From Rhizodiscina lignyota (Eukaryota): a DNA stretch of 64,000 nt. Below, piece after piece: positions 14,475 to 27,680 of the stretch. The stretch lies in NCBI GenBank assembly GCA_010015805.1, contig ML978126.1, positions 186,001 through 250,000 on the forward strand, in the 5' to 3' direction. The notes below the pieces were generated by a model. It searched no databases. It saw only the letters and a program-made list of their open reading frames with translations, and was not told the DNA's origin. Made by a program: the position numbers and the translations under genes. The first letter of the stretch is position 1; every line of letters starts with the position of its first letter.

Positions 14475-17400
14475 TCAAGCACGCACTGTGCTAGCATTGT
14501 CAATAGCATTACCGCTACTTGGGCCGACAGTATTTAAGTGGTTCCGCACGCTAGGTGTGCGCGTGCTAATCTGACGTACAGGTGCAGCTTGAGCACTGGT
14601 CGCTGAAGGCCTAATCTCTGTACGTCGATTTGGTTGATGAGCAGATTGAGTGACAATGGGCGCGGACGCAACTGGGTTTGCCGAGGTAGGTGTCACTCGT
14701 GTAGATGGGCCTCCACGACCACCTAAACCTGCAGTAGAGTATCCTTGGGACACGCCCGGGTGAGCGGGTTGTGGTGCAGGTGTGGTACCAGGATTCGTAC
14801 CCGGTAAAAGCCCACTAGCCGCCGTGAAGCCATTCCGAGCGGTGGGCGTCTGAGAGCCGTTACCGGTGTTCCACGGACGCCGTTCTGTGTTGTTAGGTTG
14901 GCGCGAGATGTTACTTTGTGTCTGCTCGTTCTCGACGTTCGCTCTCGGAACAGACGGGTCAGCTGTGACGCTGTTGTCTTCCACGGCCGCTTGGCTAACC
15001 GCTGGCTGATTTAATCGACGAGCGGTGAACGGATTCGCACGAAGCTGCTGAGCTCTGCTCTGTACAAGCTCAGCAGCGCGTCTTTCCCGCTCTTCGGCTG
15101 TCATAACTGAGGGAGACCGGGACGCGGGCTGACTGAGGCCGTTCTCAATCTGCTGACGAAGCGCTGCCTGTAGAGGAACATTGTCGTTTCGCAGTGCCCG
15201 TACTGACGGCTGGGTCTGCAAGCGTTGACGAGAAGGCTGAGCCCTCAAATTCAGTCGAGAGGTTTGAGGCCTTGGGTTCTGCGGTACACTGTCCCTGGTA
15301 CTGGTTGGTGATTGTTGGCCTCGAAGACCGCGCTGCGATGGACGTGCACGGATAGTAGCTGTGGAAGGTTGTTCTCTCAAGCGTTGAGTGGATGGCCGGG
15401 GGCGAGCGTAAAGAGCCATGAACGGATTGCGATTTGGCCCTTGGAAAGTACGGGCAGCGACATTGAGCCCTGGGAAGCCACTTGGAACTTGCGGTCCTCT
15501 GTCGACAGTCTGCGCCCAGCGATTAGCAGTTGGAGCTCGAAATCCCATGACGCTTGGAGGGCGTGCCAGCGCATCATGTACCGAAGGGAGAAACGGCCGT
15601 TGGGTAGGTTCATCGACCAAGCCATCAAGATCATCGTCTATAGATGGCTCTAGAACTGGACCTCCACGCGCAGGGCCGGTGAATGTCTGTTCTACCGCGT
15701 TCGCAGTCAAAGGTACCCCATTATTAACTAACGAGCCTTGGTAGGCCAAGTCTGGCTGTGGTCGTCGGCGCTCGTTTCGGGACGGGTTTCGAGGTATACG
15801 AGAATTCGAGGCATTAAGTCCCGCTGGTGTTCGCACTCTTGCCATTTGTGGGCTCGATTCAGCAACAGGTGCAACGCCATTGCCCATTGCTTGGCCCGCA
15901 AGATCCATTCGAGAGGAACGACGATTCCTATTTGCAGTTCGAGGCCGTGCGACCGGCGTAGCAGATCTTGGATCGTCCAATTGATCGAAATCAAGCGGTT
16001 GTTCTGGATCCATTGCTCTCATGTTATATTGATGTTCCGCGAATATAGTGCTGATGATAGGGTTGTAGTCAGGGTGGCGGAAGCGCCGTCCACGGCGAAA
16101 AGCAAGGCGTGCCGATGCATCGGAACTGTCATCACTGTCAACAGTGCCGAGTGTAGCAGTGGAAGGCTGACGAGGTAAAATATTGCGAATGGAAGCAACG
16201 GGCCTCAGGGTTGAGCCAATGGCGACAAGTGGCGGTGGAATAGAGCGGATATGAGAATTGGTTGGTCCTTGCGGTTGGTCCATTTCGGAGTCGTCGTCGT
16301 CTGCTTCGCCATCTTCGTAATTGACGGTGGATGTCGAAAGGACCGAGCTACGGCGTCGCAGTCCTCGAGACCCATCGCGAAAGCGGGAGCGTCCAGTGCC
16401 TTGCGATAGGCTAGCCGGGACGTACGGTCTATCTGCAGTAGGCGTCAGACTTCCCCCGTTTCTCGTTCGCTCATTAGAAATTGTGACTGGCTCCCACCCG
16501 ACAGTCGTACTCGCTCCATCACTGTCCTCCTCATCCTCTTCGGCCCCATCATGGCCGTGCTGTAAGGGAGACCAGCCCTGATTCTCTATCGCATCATCGA
16601 CATCACCTTCCTCCGTATCATCGCGGATGCTGCCGATTGAACTGGACGGTGCTCGTCGGCTTTGTGGAGCTTGTCGCGATGCAAGGGGAGCTCCGGTCCG
16701 CTGACGTCTCCCGCTAGGCACAGGTCCATCATCATCGCTATCGTCATGTTCGTCGTCTTCCTCTAGTTCATTGCCTCCCCGAACAGAGCTAGAGGCAACT
16801 GACGAGACCTCCGAGTCAATGACTCGGCGGCCACCTCTACGATGCTGGCTGGTCACTGGTTGCGGTGTTTCGCTTGCTGTTGACCGACTGCGCTGGGAGC
16901 TCTCCTCGCTTTCATCATCGTCTACAACGAAGCCACTCATCGACGAGTCTTCCCCTGTGCCATCCTCCTCCTCGTCTTCCTCTTCAACCGGCATCATCTC
17001 TGTTTCGTCGCTGTACCTGCTAGAAGTAATACTTGGTGTATACCTCCGTCGACCCGCCGCAGCACTGTGCGCCGCACGACGCCGCGGTGAGAAGTACGGT
17101 CGTAATACTGGAATCGTGGGAATCAAATTAGGAGAGCGCTGTCCATCCCAGTCGTAGTAGTCATCTTCAGCATCCACCCATTCGGCGATATCTGCCGCCC
17201 CAAGGAATTCTGCCGCATGCAAATGGTGGTCCATATCGATGTCTACGCCTTCCTGATCCTCACTACGACCAGAGAACTCTGATGTTTCATCAACCTCACT
17301 GAAAGTTGTGAAGCTGTTCCCCCACTGTCCAATTTCAGCCTCGCTATACCCTTGGTCGCAATGATTACAAGCACCATCCTCGAGCTCCCAATGACAGAAG

Positions 17401-18289
17401 GGGCAACGATCAACACCGTCCTCTGGGTCACGGATTGGTCGAGGATGAAGCGCTCGTCGGATCAGGAAGACCCCTCTGAACAGACCTCCCTTGCGAGCAT
17501 CTTTATTATCCTTATCTTTTTGAACAATGTCGGCTTCTTCTTGTCGTGCCTTTTCAAGGGTCTCGGCGGTCTCATTGGGTGGGAAAAGGTCGGAACGGCT
17601 CATGAATACGGCAACCAAATCTTTGATCTGTTTGCGATGAGCCATAAATCAAGTTCCATCTTGATAGGAGGAACTTACAATGTATGCTGGTGCGGGCGAG
17701 TGTAAGATCACAGCGCGACAGTCTGGGCAGGTCTTCCTGCCAGTGGTGCTGAGGAACCAGGTACATAGACACTTTCAGACATTAGCAAGCAAGAAACAAC
17801 ATCGCTGGGATTCTCTCCTACGCTGTAGCAGTATGTGTGGCCGCACGAGGTCGTATATGGTTCGAATAGAAGCCGGGTGCAAATCTTGCATTGCAGAGTG
17901 GAGCGCACATTCCCCAGGTCTGCCTTCAAACCTTCGACAACCTGGGCGGGCTGTAAGTGCTTCTGATCCTCTCTGAAATGTAAGCAACCGACCTCATTGT
18001 TCTTTTGCACGGTAGCATCATTTTCACGCGGCTCAACGCGCAGGGATGCGGGGCTGTCTTTTGACAGCGGCCTTGAAGTTTTTGGCTTTGCAATATGTTT
18101 ATGGGTAGCTTGAAGCCTGCTCACGGTGGACGCTGAAGTACTGCTCGAGGAAGATGATGTTTGCTGCTGCATGGATGGTTGCGGTGATCGCGACAAGCTC
18201 TCATCAGCCTGGATGTTGGACGAGCTGCTGTGGGCGCGTTTCTGCCGAACGTTTCGGCCGCTGCTCGAGTGCGTCGACGATGGATCCAT
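14475..18289 (-). CDS. RING-finger E3 ubiquitin ligase, Psh1-like, with long disordered C-terminus
   Basis: Spliced C3HC4 RING CKICTRLLFEPYTTSCGHTYCYSCLCTWF...KTCPDCR, plus a second Cys motif DGVDRCPFCHWELEDGACNHC followed by acidic and R/S/P-rich regions. Confidence 0.8.
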
Positions 18290-19349
18290 GGCGAAAAGAC
18301 GCCTCAGCAGCCCCAGCTACTCAAGCTCGCCGGCAATGGAGAGGCACAGGCAAACGAAGGGTTCATGCAAGAATTGAAGGTGAAGCGTAAGGTTGCAGGT
18401 TGCAGGTGCAGGGTGGAGAATGATGTGTAGGCAAACGCGGAGCCAGAGCCTTACCCTAAACGCTCGTGCGCCTGCCGCGCGAAAACGGCTTGGCGGTCGT
18501 CGGGCCGACTATTCTTACGCGCGACGCGCTAGCCGAAACAGAACAGCCTTGCAGAGAAAAGTGGGAGCGCGTGGGAGCTTGCCCTCGTCTCGCTCCAAAC
18601 AAGGCCTTCATGCTCTCATCTCTCTTCCTTTCCTCACGTTCGCCCTTCTCTCAACCTACTGGCGGGGACTCAAGCCTATCCATTCAGTCGTTTGTGGCCT
18701 TGACCCCCATTTTCCTCGACTGGTCAGCTTTACCTCTTCAGGTTCAGTATTCTGCTTACGGGGACGACATCCGAGCACGCAACAGTCTCCACTTTCTGTC
18801 CTGTTGACTGGGTGGGCTATTTCACTGCGATGATCGATCCCGTCACTACTTTTCCAAAATTTCTTCCTGTCCTCGACACTCTGAAGCACATGAACCGATT
18901 CAAAGCCTCAAGTTAAACAGTCAACCTATTTCGATGTTCGCAACGAATCAGACATGTGTGGCTCAGTCGACACTCTTTCGGCCTTTCGGCGAGATTGGGC
19001 GACTGCTAATCGAGGTTTGTATCTCGTAAGTTGGAGTGGTTGTCAATACGCAGCCCTTCAGAGCTTCTTCCTTTTCGTTCTACAAAACCTTTGAAGGAAA
19101 TATTTGCAGCAGTACTAGCCCGCTTTCGTAGCTGAAAACGAATTCGTCTCATCAATACTCTCATGTGTCTGTTTCGCGAACGCAAAGCAAACCCAAGGTG
19201 AAGCAGATTCGCTAGTAACTCAAGTGTAGCAAAAAACAAAGCTGGCATGTCAATCAACTTAACCTCAATGGAATCCCGCATCGCTATGAGATGAAACCCC
19301 GGAAATCAACGCCGAAAGAACCGTGCTGTCGAGCCCAGCGCAACAATCA

Positions 19350-20634
19350 TCAAGTCTTGACACGCTTGACGGGATGGCTATTGCCATTTGCGACACTGCC
19401 ATTTGCAGCATCATCCCCAACAACAGCGTTAGGCAGATCAAGCCATGCGATATGCCCGGGGACGACATTTTCGTACTCCACGACCTCCTTGTCCGTGGCC
19501 TGCAAGAACTTCTCTTGCTCTTGGAGGAAAGCCTTGAATGAGCGCTCGTCGAACTTCCTACCAGCCGCATGCTGTCTCCGAATAGCCTTGAGCTTCGCCC
19601 GAATGCGCTCCTCAAGGATCTCCAAACGATATTCGCCGTACTGGTAGTACACTTCCGCAACGTCAGAGATGCCACGGATAGTACTGAGGACCGCATCATC
19701 CGCGAGCGTAGGATCCTTTGGACGGAACGAAGTGACGCTGGTGATGCGTTCTTTTGCGCCTAAGGCTCGAAGTGCCTGATGTGCGATATAACGGCCTTGC
19801 ATCACGACAGCGCAACCCTACGCGACATGTCAGCCCATACGAGACTGCTTAAGGAGTGTGAAATCAACTTACCATTTGTGGGCCGCGGACCTTGAGGATA
19901 TTCTTCCTATCGCCAGTGTACAGTGCTGTCTCTCCGCCAACCATGTTCGTGCAGTCACTCAGCATCAAGACGCAGACGAATGGATAGCTATCTTCATGCC
20001 ATCCAACGACAGGCTTGTCATCTTCCCAAGGGCAGCCAGCGATGCCTTCATCCTCAGCGAAGTAGCGCTTTTGCCGGGAAATCGCAGCCAGTTCCTCCTG
20101 AGTCTCTTTATCTGACTTGACGGATAAGTTGATGTGACCGATCTCGTAGTCGATAACTGGCGTCAACTCAACACCGGCAATCTTGGAGACGATCTCAAGT
20201 GTTGCGGGATGATTCCACGCATCATACGCGAATGGGGCGTACCTACACCATCAATCAACACCAATCCGCAAAACATTGGAGAAGAAGACTTACTTGCTGG
20301 CATAACCACGGATCTGGCACGCCGCAATATTACTCTGGACACCATGCTCCTCCATAACCTTGGGATTGAGGATCTCGGCACGCATTTGCTCGACCGCTTC
20401 TTTGGTGAAGAGTGGGAAAGGCTGAGAAACAGCGACTGGAGAAATGCCAATATGCTCTCCGTATCCGATATCCTTCATCTGGATGATTTCTGAAGGTGGC
20501 GTGAATGCAAGATGCTTCTCCGGATCGAACTTGACTGGCGTGACCGTGCTCTCAGCCTTCAACCCCTCAATAATCGGGTTGAAAGACTGCTGAGCTGGTG
20601 CTGTTGTCACCTTAACGATCGATGTCTGCGCCAT
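19350..20634 (-). CDS. Uncharacterised Fe(II)/2-oxoglutarate dioxygenase-fold protein
   Basis: Three exons. HxD (WHEDSYPFVCV), GGET, distal His (YIAHQA) and ERITSVTSFR. Confidence 0.8.
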
Positions 20635-23600
20635 TGTGTTCCAGGAGTTAGGTATAAGCTAAAATGGAAGATACTATCAGTGGAATGCTATCAGCACAAA
20701 GGGTTCAGCAAACAAAAGTTGGAGTGTGCAAGTTTGGAGCAAGATATAGAGAGAGAAGAGGAGGGTGACATCATGCTGCTGCGATAACGGGGCTGTATGT
20801 GTTAAGAGCGCTTAGTCTACGGTGTGACGTCGATGACGCTTGAATGTTGAGGTTGAGGAATACGGTGTAACTGTGACGAAGATGCAGCGGCAAGCAGCAG
20901 TGAAGCATCTCCGTGGATTTGAATGAATACCACACACAAGAGCAAAGGAAAAGCTGCAACTGCACTCGCACAAACGACTCACCTAAATTGACGACGGTCA
21001 AGGAAGATCCTCGATAAGTTTCGAAATGGAAGCAGTATGTGTATATCAAGTCGATCAGATAGGGGCATGAAGAGGAGGCGAGTCGACCCTTTATATTCAA
21101 GCCAGCAGCAAGCGGACCGGCGAAGGCGCGCAATTTCACATGAATTGGTGACAGACTACTAAGCGCTGATCTGGGGCTGCGACATGCTGATGTGTCTTCT
21201 TTACAGCATTACCGAACGAAAATGCCAAAGGCGAGAACAGGTAGTCGTGGCAGGTTGGTGCTTGCAGGACCCTTGTAACGTCCCCTCCACACCTCAGACT
21301 CAACGTTTGACTGGCTCACTTTTAGATTTTTCTCTTATTGTTCTTTCTAAGTTTTACGTTCCATACACTATGCTCAAGAGAGCCGCATGGACGGAATCAG
21401 TCCAAACCTTATCTTATCATTCCCGTCGCCAGCGACCAGCGTTGAGAAAGGGCCGTGTTCGAGCATACTGTGCTGTAGCAAATCGGCGGTCAACAGCACG
21501 GCAGCATTTCTCGTACCATGTATTGCTAAGGAGCCAAGCTTTTCAAGCTAGTATGGATCCGTTATCTGTTTCAAGAAAGGACCGCCGTCATTGGACCCGT
21601 CTTCGCTATGGTTCCAAACGCTTATTCTGGTCCTCGCAACCATATATGGCAGATTCCAATCGTGGACCTGAAGATACCGATATGGCAATGATGCAGTGTT
21701 ATACTGCGATTGTCCAGTTCATGTTTCCACTCCGTTTCGCTATTCTTTAGATGCCGCTTACCTGGGTCAGCCACTTGGCACAGCTGCGCGAGAGCAGCAT
21801 CGGGCGGGAGAAATATTGACCACTCGATTATCAAAAGTGGAGGCATTTTCATCAAATGCGGCGGGGTATATGGGTTTTAGTAACGGCATTTCCGGGGATG
21901 GGCAACAATCAAGTTTGTTCAGGAATCAGATACCCTTTTTGGCATAATCGCAGACCTACTAGCCTTTCAAAGGCCGGGACAGCTACCGTACACTTGTATC
22001 TCCTTGCGGACGCCGTTAGAGTCCGGATTAGTAGCAGGTGCACGTCGAGGCCTTGATATGCTGCCACCAGGGATGAGCTCACTATGTAGTCAGACAGTTC
22101 ATCTGTAGATGAAAGCCCAACATCTTAATGGGACGGAGCAACAAAGTCATCAGCCAGAGAATTCTCGTTCAATGCCCGGTACAGAGTGCTCGTGTGCCCT
22201 CATTTGCAGTGTCTTAGACGGAAGAGGTTTGCCATGCTGCCGGATCACAGCGATATCGCTCAGCAGTGCGTTGATAAGAATCGATGGTCGTCGAGTGTCC
22301 ACCTGCCGCGACCTCTGTAACAATATTTTTCCGCGCGGATGCTAACGCCAAGCTTTTGAGCGGCGCAGATCGTCTAACTTCCCTTGTGCTCGTGCTCATG
22401 CGAGCGACAACCTCCCTCCAATCCTCTCTTCCTGCGTCGAACGGGTGAAGACTTGTATCTCCGCCGCACCCTTGGCGAGGTAATGGCAGATAAAGGCGAG
22501 ACGCAGGCGTGGACGCCCGAGACCGCTGCGAAGTTTAATAGGTGCGTATGTTTTCGGCTCGATCCCCCAGTCCGTGGCCTTAGACATCTACCCTTTAGTT
22601 GCTGCGACTAGTAGCCACTGACAACATGAAGCAAAGTCAAATCGGAATATTTCGATCCATGCCAAGAGGCAGCATCACGCAGTATCAAGTGCCTACATCG
22701 GAACGGTGGTGATAGAGATATGTGCCAGGACTACTTCCAGTAAGACGTGCCGATATGCCTAGACCATTCCTAAGCATCCTCTAGTGCAGTTTCGCACTGC
22801 TGCCTTGATTTTGCCATTCTTAGTCGGCCGCTGTAGTCATCTCAACACCATGCTGACCTTCACTTCTCCACAGAGCGTATCGCGACTGCAAGAAACAATG
22901 GGTACGTCTATATACGCCATGATCGACACCGTAGCCTATCACCACTCGTACCGAAGATTGACGATGAACATCAGATCGAGGCCCGGAGAAAGACAAAGTA
23001 GGCGAACGTTAGTCGCTTGCCACGACGTTCACAACACTTTGCGGATCATCGAAGATAACACGTTAGCTCGATGTAGAATCATGCGGTATTCCGCAGGAAT
23101 GTGGGCGCGCAGAGTTCGCCGACAAGATGTGGTGTGCTCTGGATAAGACGATTATACCCCGAACATGTAAATGGTGATCGAGCCCCTGCTTCCAAGCGAG
23201 AGTGATATCAACTCTTGGGCATCACTGCGGAACGTCCTTGGTCAGATAATACAGCTCTTGGTTTTCTGTACACCACCGGACCGAAAGTCATTATTATTCA
23301 TTATGATGTCTAAACAATCGCCACTCCAACTCGATGTCCTTGAATATGTTGCTGATGTGATCACGCGATCACCTGCTATCAGCATGCGAACTTGGAGAGC
23401 CCATAAGAAACTGTTAGCGGGCCTGTTAGATGTGAATCGCATCGTACGTGATAAGGAATCGAAGAACCTTAGGCGTACACATTATTCAATGAGGCTGCTT
23501 CGTTAGTTTTTGAGTAATTCCAGAAGTCGCTGATGCGCTCCCGCCGAATTCAAGGCGGTAGTTGGCGATCGTAGGAAATTAAATTAATTTTGTGATGCAT

Positions 23601-23723
23601 TGCAATAGGCTATTCACTGATCTCTATGCTTCATTGTGTATTCTCATTCAAGGACACTCGTGAAGCGGAGGAATGTTAAGACGCTGCAGTTGAGCTCAAA
23701 ATTCTGCCGAAGCTCCGAAAATT

Positions 23724-23882
23724 TCAAGCTTCTCTCTCGTGATGTATGTAACAGATGCGCCATATCTTGCAAAGCGGACAGCGCAACTGGCCAAAAGAAG
23801 ATTTCGGTGGATGCCTTTCTTCTTCGCCCACATGCACCTTGTGAGGACATGACATGCATGGAAAGTGTGTCGTTCTTGCCAT
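23724..23882 (-). CDS. Candidate 52-aa zinc-ribbon microprotein
   Basis: MARTTHFPCMSCPHKVHVGEEERHPPKSSFGQLRCPLCKIWRICYIHHEREA has two CxxC pairs. The ATG lies head-to-head with MDM20, 152 bp away. Confidence 0.4.
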   Translation of the reverse strand: MARTTHFPCMSCPHKVHVGEEERHPPKSSFGQLRCPLCKIWRICYIHHEREA

Positions 23883-24033
23883 GGGTTCAAGTTGTGCATT
23901 GCAACCACCACGCAAATTTTTTTGTAACTGCACGCAAGTCACTGACTTCAAGCATTCATGACACCGTCATCGCGGTAACATCCTCTACTTGTCATTCTTT
24001 AGGGCACATCAATTTTCATGCTTTCCATGAAAT

Positions 24034-27000
24034 ATGATGGCTTTCTCCTCCAAGTACGAAGACCTCGTCGGCGGCGCTGGCCGGGATTACAAACAGGCGA
24101 TGAAGGAATGTGAGAGGAAACTCAAGAAAACGCCGAAAGAGCCATCTTTACTAGTTAGTCAATCCCTCCAAGCTTTTGAATCTTGTTAACAATCGATTTA
24201 GCTATTCAAGGCGTTCATATTCCTTAAGCAGCGGCAGTACGAGCATGCGGAAGAGCAATGTGCCCAATTCAGCAAGTTGGACCCTCCAATCACTGAACAA
24301 CGGTTCATCGACGAGATTCATGATGTCTATGCCAAAGTTACTCTCGCCCAAGGGAAGAGCCTGCTGTCCTCTGACAAGTCGATATATGCCCTCTGGGAGA
24401 ATCTTCTCAAAGCAGCTGGCCCGAGCCGAAAGAGGGAACTCCAGGAGCATATTTTCAGCACGTCGGCAGCTTTGGGTTTTTGGGAGACCGCTCAAAAGGT
24501 TTACTTTTCTTTAATGAACTAACCAGAAGTGATTTCTAATATATCACAGGCACTCATCGCTCTTAAGAAGGACAGCCCAAACGATTCAAGAATCTTCTTT
24601 ACCCACATCCTTATCACACAACTTCTCTCACGCATCTATGGACTTCGCGGTGATTCAATGCGTAAGCAATTGTTTCAAAGCATGGCCTTCAAAACGCTTG
24701 CTGGCGCTGTCCAGACTACTTTGAAAGAGTCAAATCCAAACGGGTTGATTAACAACACACAGCACCTACGATTCATCACGCAAGTCTACAGGGAGCAAGA
24801 AAAATACATGGAGCTCCTCGAAGTACTCGACAATCCTCAAATAGGCTTATTATCCCCACTTGGAAAGGCCGACATTGAGTTCCTGCACGCCCGCTTAGAA
24901 TGTTTATTTGCCCTCGAGATGTGGGAAGAGCTTGCCGGTGCAAGTGTACTAAGTGTTACTTCCGGTGTTGCTTTCCCTGGTATGGCAGGAAGATGGAGGT
25001 ATGACTGGAAGATTTGGGAATACATTGCGCTCGCGCATGTCAAGTTCGACTCGGAGAAGTGAGCATCTTATCGGATTGGAGAGGGCGAGAACACTGATAC
25101 ATGATCTTACAGATCGCAACCCGTGTTTCACTCCTTCTTCACCGAATTTGAGAAGGTAGTCGATTATTCGTCATCGAAGTCCCGACCAGTATGGCTTTCC
25201 GCGTTGACTTATACTCTACGTATCCCAGACAACGCGAAATATGAAAGACACACACTATTTCACTACTGCTTGGAGTATCTCAGACGTCATCACTTTCAGC
25301 GCTACTGTTTCAACGACCTGCGCAGCTTTGTGGAGAGGCTTGATGAAAAAGAAATGAGAAGATTTCAGAACCAGTGTCGCAAATTGGCATCCTCTTGCCA
25401 ACCCGGCCAGTCTGGGCAAGACACGGCAGATATGTGGGCAGTTTCTGAGCTCAACTCTCTGAAGTTTGATTACTTGCTCAGTGTAGTGTGCATTAAGCAC
25501 CCTGAGCAGTCCGTGGTTGAAGCTTTCATTCTCAATACGCTTCGCTTCTGCAAAGTCCAGCAAAAGCTCGACGGCGACTCTTACGTCCTGGATGAAGCGT
25601 GCCTCCTCGCGGCATCTGCGCTTGAGTTCCTGGCGGCTGGTGCCGACGAAGATGTACAGTCTGCAGCCCCTCAAATCCGAACAGTACAAGCGTTTTACCT
25701 TGTTCACGATATGCTTTATTTCAACCCTCGGAATTACAATGCGCGAGTCTTGCTGATAAAGCTTGCCCGCACGCTTGGGCTTGTCTCGGTTGCAATGGAG
25801 AATTATCAGGAACTGGGTATTCGGGAGATACAGAACGAGACTCTTTCACATCTTCTCTTCAATCGAATATCGTGGATACATCCTTTCGAGGTGTCCGGTC
25901 CGGAACGTCGGAAACTCGACGGCATGATTGCAGATCCGTACAAAGGACTCGGCAAGGTTCTCACCTGGTACGATGTAGCTTGTGAGAAGATCAATGGATT
26001 TCTGGGGGCAGATATCGACAACTATCGTTACGATAAGGCAGTAGAGTTCTACAACTTGAAATCTGGACTACAAAATAGTCTATGGAAACAAATGGCTGCC
26101 ATAGAAAGGCGGAGAATTGCCCGTCTGACGGATAGGCCTTATGACGAAGCCGACAGTATTGATTCACTACTAGGTAAGCATCGTTCCAGCGCCATATATT
26201 GGTTTTAATTCATGAAAGCGACATTAATTAATTGCTTTCTAGATTCCTGGATTGGTGGAGCAGTGGATCTCAGGGACCATGTCCAGACTTCATTCTCCGC
26301 GTCCGGTCAAGCACACGACTTGCGCGGGGAATACGAAGGGGTAACTATGTCCTTTCCCCATTGTGAATCATACTAATGGCGCTCTAGCGCATGTGGGTTA
26401 GCCTAATGAGCCACTCAGATATTGCCGAATCAATGCTGGTAGCTCGGGATCCAGTCGCGGAATGGAAGACTGTGCAGATTCAGACGAGAGCTATTGACGC
26501 CTTCAATTCAGGGAAAGCATTGGAGTTGTTGGCATTTTTGTCGGAATTCCTGGGATTCGAGCAAGCGACAATTCAATTCTGGACCGGTCTCGCGGGACCA
26601 TGCGTCGTGGTCGCGAAGGGCGACCCCGAAGGCATGAGCGAGTCGCAGCGTACGACAAAAGCGAGGACAGTAGTCTCGGCTTTTGGCGAGGTTGAGAAGA
26701 TGATCCAGGGTATGGGCCTTCCAGATGCATCTGAATATGTGACCTTGCCCGACGAGTACTTGCTGGAGAGCCTCATTCAAGTGCTCGAAATCCAAAAGTT
26801 CTCTCATAAGTTTCTCGATGCAGCTATTATGCAGTCGAAAAACAAGAATCATCTTCTCTACCGAAAGGTCCCGGTCGAGCGCGCCGAAAAGATCAAGTTA
26901 TTGATCAAGACGAGGGCTGAAGGCTTGCGGAGATTTGTACAGGGATGGAAAGATTACCTTGTGAGGAACGAGCGGGAAGTCTTTTCGGACAGGATCTTCA

Positions 27001-27125
27001 AGGATAAGATTGGAATGGAACTCAAGAAGCTAATCGGCAAGAACAGCATAGAGGGACATATTCTGGTGTTTCGGAATAGTGCGCTGGATTCACTCGATGG
27101 CTTGTTGAAGATCAAGGTGCCTTGA
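24034..27125 (+). CDS. MDM20: NatB N-terminal acetyltransferase auxiliary subunit Mdm20/Naa25
   Basis: Six exons joined by canonical introns. N-terminal TPR-like YKQAMKECERKLKKTP; CFNDLRSFVE; NYNARVLLIKLARTLG; LGIREIQNETLSH. Confidence 0.85.
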
Positions 27126-27680
27126 GGGACGTCGTCTCACATCATATGGTGCATGGAACTTAGCGGCGCATGATCAGTATCAAAGACGGTCGCGACTTGT
27201 CCTTTTTGGGATACCATAACGTAGAAATTACATTTTACTGGACTCCGATGTCAAAGAACTCGAAGCGAGGGAAATTGTCTTCAAAAGCTTGAATTCGTAT
27301 TCTCGGATAGCTCCCATGAAGAGTGCACAGCGTCGACGTTTATGCAGTTCGCATTGAATGAGGATACAACTTGTCCGTTCGATATTCTGCTCTTTTGGCA
27401 TAGCCATCTTCGTCACGGTTGAGCCCACTTCGTGACTCCAACGTCAGAAATAAAACCTGTTCAGCTTGTTCTCGTGGCTGCGTAATAAGCAAATCCATTG
27501 CGTAGGACAAGAGAAGCATCCCTCCTTTCCAAATCCCAGCCTTAGCTGCGCCCTTTCAAGCATTACTCACGTCTAAAACTGGCCTGACGTGATCGAGGCT
27601 CGTCATCATAATCACTCCCTTGCAGTTGCATCAATCTCCCCGAACCATAAAGGTGGATGGCAAACGAGAAAAATCTTCTC

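Noticed and set aside
18961..19240. Partial resemblance to U2 snRNA (CTCTTTCGGCCTTTCGGC; TCAAGTGTAG)
   Set aside because: The two pieces are ~230 bp apart and the GTGTAGTATCTG branch-pairing sequence is missing.
21184..23506. Several 80-190 codon ORFs in the intergenic gap
   Set aside because: No recognisable motifs or codon bias, and no consistent exon chain could be built.
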